Positions 56,801 to 64,000 of a DNA stretch of 64,000 nucleotides are shown piece after piece. Every line of letters begins with the position of its first letter. The first letter of the stretch is position 1. The stretch is from assembly GCF_009914755.1 (NCBI RefSeq), contig NC_060932.1; one strand, written 5' to 3'. Origin of the DNA: the human T2T-CHM13v2.0 reference genome, Homo sapiens. The position numbers and the translations under genes are program-made. Below the pieces are notes generated by a model. It saw only the letters and a list, made by a program, of their open reading frames with translations, was not told where the DNA came from and ran no database searches.

Positions 56801-57789
56801 TTAATAAGTCACGGGTCCTAGGAGAAAGGTCGGGGCATAGCTTGAGACTGTGTTTAAGGCAAAGGGAGTTCCTCTTTTACATTTAACGAGGAATTTAAAT
56901 GTTTTATACTCAAAATTATTAACCAAACCAGGGGCACTTGGAGTTGAATTAAACACCTTTATAAGGAAGATTGCATCCTAAATTACTCTAATTGTTATAA
57001 ATTAAAGGATTTTGTTTTATGGGGTCAATTGAGACAAATATGTATAAGTGTGTTTAATCATGCTTTCACCGGACCTAACTGTACATCACCTCCTACAAAC
57101 CTACCAAATCTTTTCTTCATCTGAGCATTAAAAGACTGTCGCACAGCTGGGTTAATGGGAGATGAGCATAAAATTGATTCAGATAAACTCCTCAAATTAG
57201 TCTTGCTGAAAAGTGATCCCATACAAAGCGGGGCACATAGACGGATGAAGTTTGATCTCCATTTTGGGGACTCACTAGTTGCGTGACCTCAGGCAAGTCA
57301 GAGTCTAGGTTAATAACTGATGTTGTAAGAATACTGAAAGGTTAGTAAGATTATGGAAAGAATACCTAGAACATTACAGATTCCCAACAATGTTTTGGTT
57401 TACTTACATTCCTAGTGAAAATGAGGCAACAGCACTCTCCCTTATAAGATGAACATCAGCCAACTACTCCCATCACTAAATGCTTTTATTAAGCATCTGG
57501 GTGAGAAACAGGGTTACAAATGTATAAAGTATATTAAAGCAGGGTTATGCCTTCTTTAGGAACGCTATAATCCAAGGTAGAGAAGACAGATGAACCCTAA
57601 AGCACATGAATACAAAGTGGATACCCATTTCCATAAGAGTTTTTATGTGCTACTCTGAAAAATGGTATCCTGGCCTTCAATAATGAGAACTTGCCTAGTC
57701 AACCATTCATCCTTTGTTCAGTGAACATGGTAGTAAAACAAATGCCTTAGGAAATAAATTACATGTTTATTGTATATTATTATTATTAA

Positions 57790-58077
57790 TTATTTCAGAC
57801 GGAGTTTCGCTGTTGTCAACCAGGCTGGAGTACAATGCGCTATCTCGGCTCACTACAAACTCCACTTCCCGGATTCAAGCGATTCTCCCGCCTCAGCCTC
57901 TGGAGTAGCTGGGATTACAGGCACATGCCACCATGCCTGGCTAATTGTTGTATTTTTAGTAGAGATGGGGTTTCACCATCTTGGCCAGGCTTGTCTCGAA
58001 TTCCTGACCTCAGGTGATCCGCCCGCCTTGGCCTCCCAAAGTGCTGGGATTACAGGTGTGAGCAACCACACCCGGCC
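57790..58077 (-). mobile_element. AluSx/Sq-like
   Basis: Antisense dimer; TSD t(a/g)ttattaatt. Confidence 0.9.
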
Positions 58078-59017
58078 TGTTATTAATTTTTTAAATGATA
58101 ATTACTAAAATTAACAGACACCTAGGAAGAACATAATAGCATACAACCTATTTTAAAGAAGTGTTTTATATAAGTGTGTATGTGTTTGTTTATGTATCCA
58201 CACAATCATGTGTTTTTCACAAATTCTGCAGAATATTTCATGTGACACATGGAAATACATATAATGCAAACTAATAAAAATATTTATAATCAGAGAAATA
58301 GACTGTAGGGGTAGAAAAGATCCAGAGAAAGTTTAAGCAAATAAAAGCAGGTCTCACTGTCCTTAAAGTCAGTTACTAATTTCAATTGCTAATTTGGCTC
58401 TGACTTTACTTATAGGCAACAGAGGGCAAAGCACAGGGGAAACACTGTCAGACGCAGAAGCCAAATGATCGTAAGACTAAATATCCTGCTTGCACAGAGA
58501 AGCAATGCTTTTCCTTTCATAGAGATCTACCAGAAGCTTCTCCAGGGAGGTTTCTCATAAATGAGATATTAAAGGAGGAAGTGGACAATATTTACAACAG
58601 CAACCCCTGGTAAACAAAATAGATAATTTTTTAAAACTATATTCTGAAAATATGGTAATGCAAGACTCGTGAACTGAAGTGAAATTTACTATGAAGAAAA
58701 AAATCCTCTGAAAGAAATGTTACAGGTCAGACTACAAAATGAAGCATAAAAGAACAAGTGCTCCTGTGTCTCATTCTTCTCATTTATAAAACGAAGAAAG
58801 TAGACTAAATGTGTTCTAAAATTTTTGCCTCAACAAAGACCCTTAAAGTAGCTAACCTAGATTCTTGGACGCTAATGTTTCTATGCAATAAATAACAAAA
58901 ATGTCATTAATGATACTACCTGAGAGGGAAACATTTGGAGAGAAATGAAATATTATTTCTGGGCTGATTGGCAACCTATCCATTTCGCTGGGTAAACCAC
59001 GTGAAAAGAAAAATAGG

Positions 59018-59800
<783 letters not shown>

Positions 59801-59837
59801 CAGTTAACATGACCTGATTTTATGCCTGGCATACAGA

Positions 59838-59985
59838 GAGGTGGGAGGATTGCTTGAGTCTGGGAGGTCAAGGCTGCAATGAGCTGTGATTGCCCCACTG
59901 CACTTCAACCTGGGCAACAGAGTGATACCTTTTCTCAAACAAACAAACAAAAAACAAAAACAAAGTAAAACAACAACAGAAAAAA
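59838..59985 (+). mobile_element. Alu right monomer (FRAM/AluJ fragment)
   Basis: gaggtgggaggattgcttgagtctgggaggtcaaggctgc plus (AAAC) tail. Confidence 0.8.
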
Positions 59986-60779
59986 ACTGGTTACATAATA
60001 CCTAAAGGCATTTCCATTGTACCATATACGCAGAAACATACATATGATGTTTTATATGTACTTGATGTATTTGATTTTATTTACCAAAAATGTAATGTAT
60101 TTTATTTTATTGTGTGTCTTTGATTTAATGTAATGTATGTATTTGATTTTATTTATCAAAAAATATATACTTTGTATTAACATGTTGCTTTACTTTAAAT
60201 ATCCTGGGACAATCAAGAAAAGAACAAATGATAATATTTCCAAGAGAAATTTTTAAAAATAAGAGAGAAAAAGAAATTATCTCAAAAACTCAAAATTCAA
60301 CTAACTTCCAAAAAATGATGAGCACATAATTTTCTTTAAAGTTTACCTGAAACTTTTTTAATCATATAAAAATATTACAGCTTAAAGTGGGGAAACATGC
60401 ATATATGTTTATAAACACACTCACATTGGCTATTTAACAATTACAGTAGTAGAATGCACTAGAGGCTTAGCAACGTATGGTTTTCATGATATAATTAAAA
60501 TTTATTAACATGAGTTTGAGTATGAACTCTGTAACAAAGATCAAACCTGGCTAAATAGCTATAATAATTCATGTCAACAAAAGACAACTTTTAAAGTTAG
60601 AAAGAATTGCTCAACAGAGTGACCTGGATAGAGAAGTTACACGTCATCTTGACAAGTTAATGCTTTTGTAACACGTATGTTAATCAACTAGCCTCATAGA
60701 ATAGAAAAGATAGCCATACTATAGCGGACAGAAAACAAAAGTGGGAAAATAGGCCGGGATGTAAATAAAGTAAGCTCCT

Positions 60780-61381
<602 letters not shown>

Positions 61382-61953
61382 TTAGGAGGAAATTCTGTAT
61401 TTAATTAAAAGTAGGAACCAAACATTTATGGAGTCCCTGTTGCAAGCAAGACACTGAGCTTGTCACCCTACATTTATTAACTCATTTCAGCTCCTTAATC
61501 CACCTGTGATTAGCTATTTTCTCCATAATCCTCTCATACACTAAAAAGGAAGGCTCAAAATACTTAGAAAGAGGGTGAAAACAAAATAACCCTAAAATCC
61601 ATAAGAAAACACAACACACAGTAACATTACCACAGAAAATATAAACAACATCAGTTTCTCATTCTGTTTATCTCTGACCAAACTTGTATAAATACTTCTC
61701 CCCAGAGCTGACTGACTCCAGAGCAAGGGGCTGGTCAGGTGAAAGGCAATGTCTGAAGCATGAAGAACCACCCTTCCTGCCCCTATTCTTTTTAACTATA
61801 TAATTTTCCAGTGGTGTGATTCAAAGTGCAGTAAAACCTCAGTAACGACACTAGAGTCCTTAATTAACTGCTTTTTTCTTACAATTTTCGGAGACTGTGG
61901 CAGATCACACACACAAAATAATTGTATGTTAGATTTAATTAAACAAATGCACA

Positions 61954-62216
61954 CTTTTTTTTTTTTTTTTGAGACAGAGTCTCACTCTGTCGCCCAGGCT
62001 GGAGTGCAGTGGCACATCTCTGCTCACTGCAAGCTCCGCCTCCCGGGTTCTGCCATTCTCCTGCCTCAGCCTCCCAGGTAGCTGGGACTACAGGCGCCCG
62101 CCACCACGCCTGGCTAATTTTTTTGTATTTTTTTAGTGGAGACAGGGTTTCACGGTGTTAGCCAGGGTGGTCTCGATCTCTTGATCTCGTGATCTGCCCG
62201 CCTCGGCCTCCCAAAG
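61954..62216 (-). mobile_element. AluY, 5'-truncated, no visible TSD
   Basis: Y diagnostics ctgcaagctcc, gccattctcc, gtgttagccagg, tctcgatctc; stops at cctcccaaag. Confidence 0.85.
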
Positions 62217-62309
62217 AGCGTGGGTTCAGGATAAATTTAGCCTCAAACCGTGTGAACCCTGTACCTTCAAATTTGTGCAGCAAAAAATTGAACTTCAGAG
62301 TAAGGCTAG

Positions 62310-62530
62310 CAGGCAGTATAGCCTACGTCCTAGAATAAGAAAGGCCTGTGTTCAAATCCTGACTTTTCCGCTTGCTAAATTATCAGACTTCAGTGCATTC
62401 ACCTGCGTAAAATGGGAATAATAATAACAACAGTATCTACTCTATAGGGTCATTGTGATAATTAAATGACATGATCTATACCAAGCACGTAGGAGGCATG
62501 CATTATAATATCATCAATTTAGTTTTACTA
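62310..62530 (+). mobile_element. MIR
   Basis: gttcaaatcctgac...cttcagtgcattcacctgcgtaaaatgggaataataata. Confidence 0.7.
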
Positions 62531-62558
62531 TCTTAACTCTTTTAAAGCACTCATGCAG

Positions 62559-62602
62559 TGTGTGGATGTGCGTGTGTGTGTGTGTGTGTGTGTATGTGTG
62601 TG
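62559..62602 (+). repeat. (TG)n microsatellite, imperfect
   Basis: TG run. Confidence 0.85.
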
Positions 62603-64000
62603 CTAGAAATCTTTTGGTAATAAAGTCAACCCAATACAGATTTTGTGAATGACTATATTCTAACCTAAAAATGCAATTAATTCTAATACCATGTTACACA
62701 ATTCTTTCCTTTTAACAGAGAATATTTTTTTTCTTTACTGGGAAGCATGTGCCGTGATGAAAAAAGAAGCTATTTGAGCATTGATGAGTCCAGGTTAAAA
62801 CTGTAGCTGTCACTCATTAACTAGCAATTTCAAGTCACAACTTTCCTGTTCTCAGTTTTCTCATACTTTGCATAGTCTTTGGTATGAAGATTAACGGAGC
62901 TACTTGACACAGACTGGGCCCCAAAGAAATAGTAGCTTTTATCATTATTATTATTGTTATTCAATCTTCACCTTCTTATTATAGGGCTCAACATTTAATT
63001 TGTATCATAACCAAGACTGAACATTAAAAATGTGTGAAGCATATTTTAAAATCCTTTAATAGAACATGTCTTCATCTTACTACCAATTGTTGTGACTTAA
63101 GAGATCAGCTTAATTAATTAGAGAGATAAATGCTGTATAATTTGCCAAATTATTGGCATTTGTTGAGCCACATGGCCTCTTCCCTCGCCTAATAGAAATG
63201 TTAACTGATTGTTTTCATAAGGAACATGGGACATTGAAAATGTTTCAGAAAATCTCTGTTGTCACAGGTTGACACTATGGAGTCTTGGAACCCTTCCTGA
63301 TACATTTCCATGAGAAGCAAATACAAGAATTATTTTTCCTTTTGGATCATGCTCAGACATGAAGGTAATTCAAAGCATGATAGATATATTTTTCACCTAG
63401 ATTTTTAAATGACAATAACATATTTGGGTATAAAGGATACAAAGTCAATATTATATTAGTTTGGCTATTTCAGAAAGAACCAAAAAAGCCTGCAGTGACC
63501 TCCAGCAATAATAGATTTTTTAAATCGACAGCTGGTTAACATTATCAGAATGAATCATGGAGCAGAACTGACAGCTGGATTCCAGCCAGGGAGGCCAAAA
63601 GATACCAAAGGTAATTTCTGTGTTTTTAAAGGAGAATTTTTTTTTAGTGCCTCTGACCTGGTGCTACATACATCTTAATTTAAGGGGACAGGTAGTGTGA
63701 TAAAAAAACAAAGTACAATTATAGCTAAAACCCAAAGGATCTGAACAAATACAAGTGTCTTAAAAGCAGTATATTTTGCAACTAGAGCAAGGCCTCCACT
63801 CTGCCCAAGAACTCCTGGCTAAATGCTGGAAATACCTACTGTTCTATTTAGAGCAGTTTAACGTTTTTTTTAAATAAGGAATAAACTGTATCTGTTTTTA
63901 TGGTCAAGTTAAAACAAGACTCCTACCTGTAAGCTTGACAGGTAAAGCCACACCAATCTTTTCAGCTTTAAAACAAGAAAAAAAAAATCTGTTTCATGCT

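Overview
Human genomic DNA (it carries a human-specific AluYg6), AT-rich and repeat-dense, with no intact protein-coding gene, RNA gene or CpG island. Main result: the unique sequence from about 0.3 to 26.4 kb on the + strand holds roughly 18 decayed exons of an unprocessed, long-dead pseudogene. By manual translation against human VWDE recalled from memory, they follow the VWDE (von Willebrand factor D and EGF domains) architecture in order: Cys-rich N-terminus, Ig-like segments, vWD, the WPTPSGL region, a cadherin-like segment and several EGF repeats. It is far too diverged to be VWDE itself, and two of its exons are split by ERV LTRs. Second result: a TSD-flanked 1.5-kb chimeric retrocopy at 34.5-36.0 kb (L1PA 5'UTR + ORF1 start + unique 90 bp + THE1D LTR cut at its poly(A) site). 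Also present: a near full-length L1PA8-10-type element, a 5'-inverted L1PA3, a Tigger3b carrying three Alus including a tail-to-tail pair, many Alu/L1M/L2/MIR/LTR relics and several local duplications. All family and homology calls are by eye and need RepeatMasker and tblastn/GeneWise confirmation.
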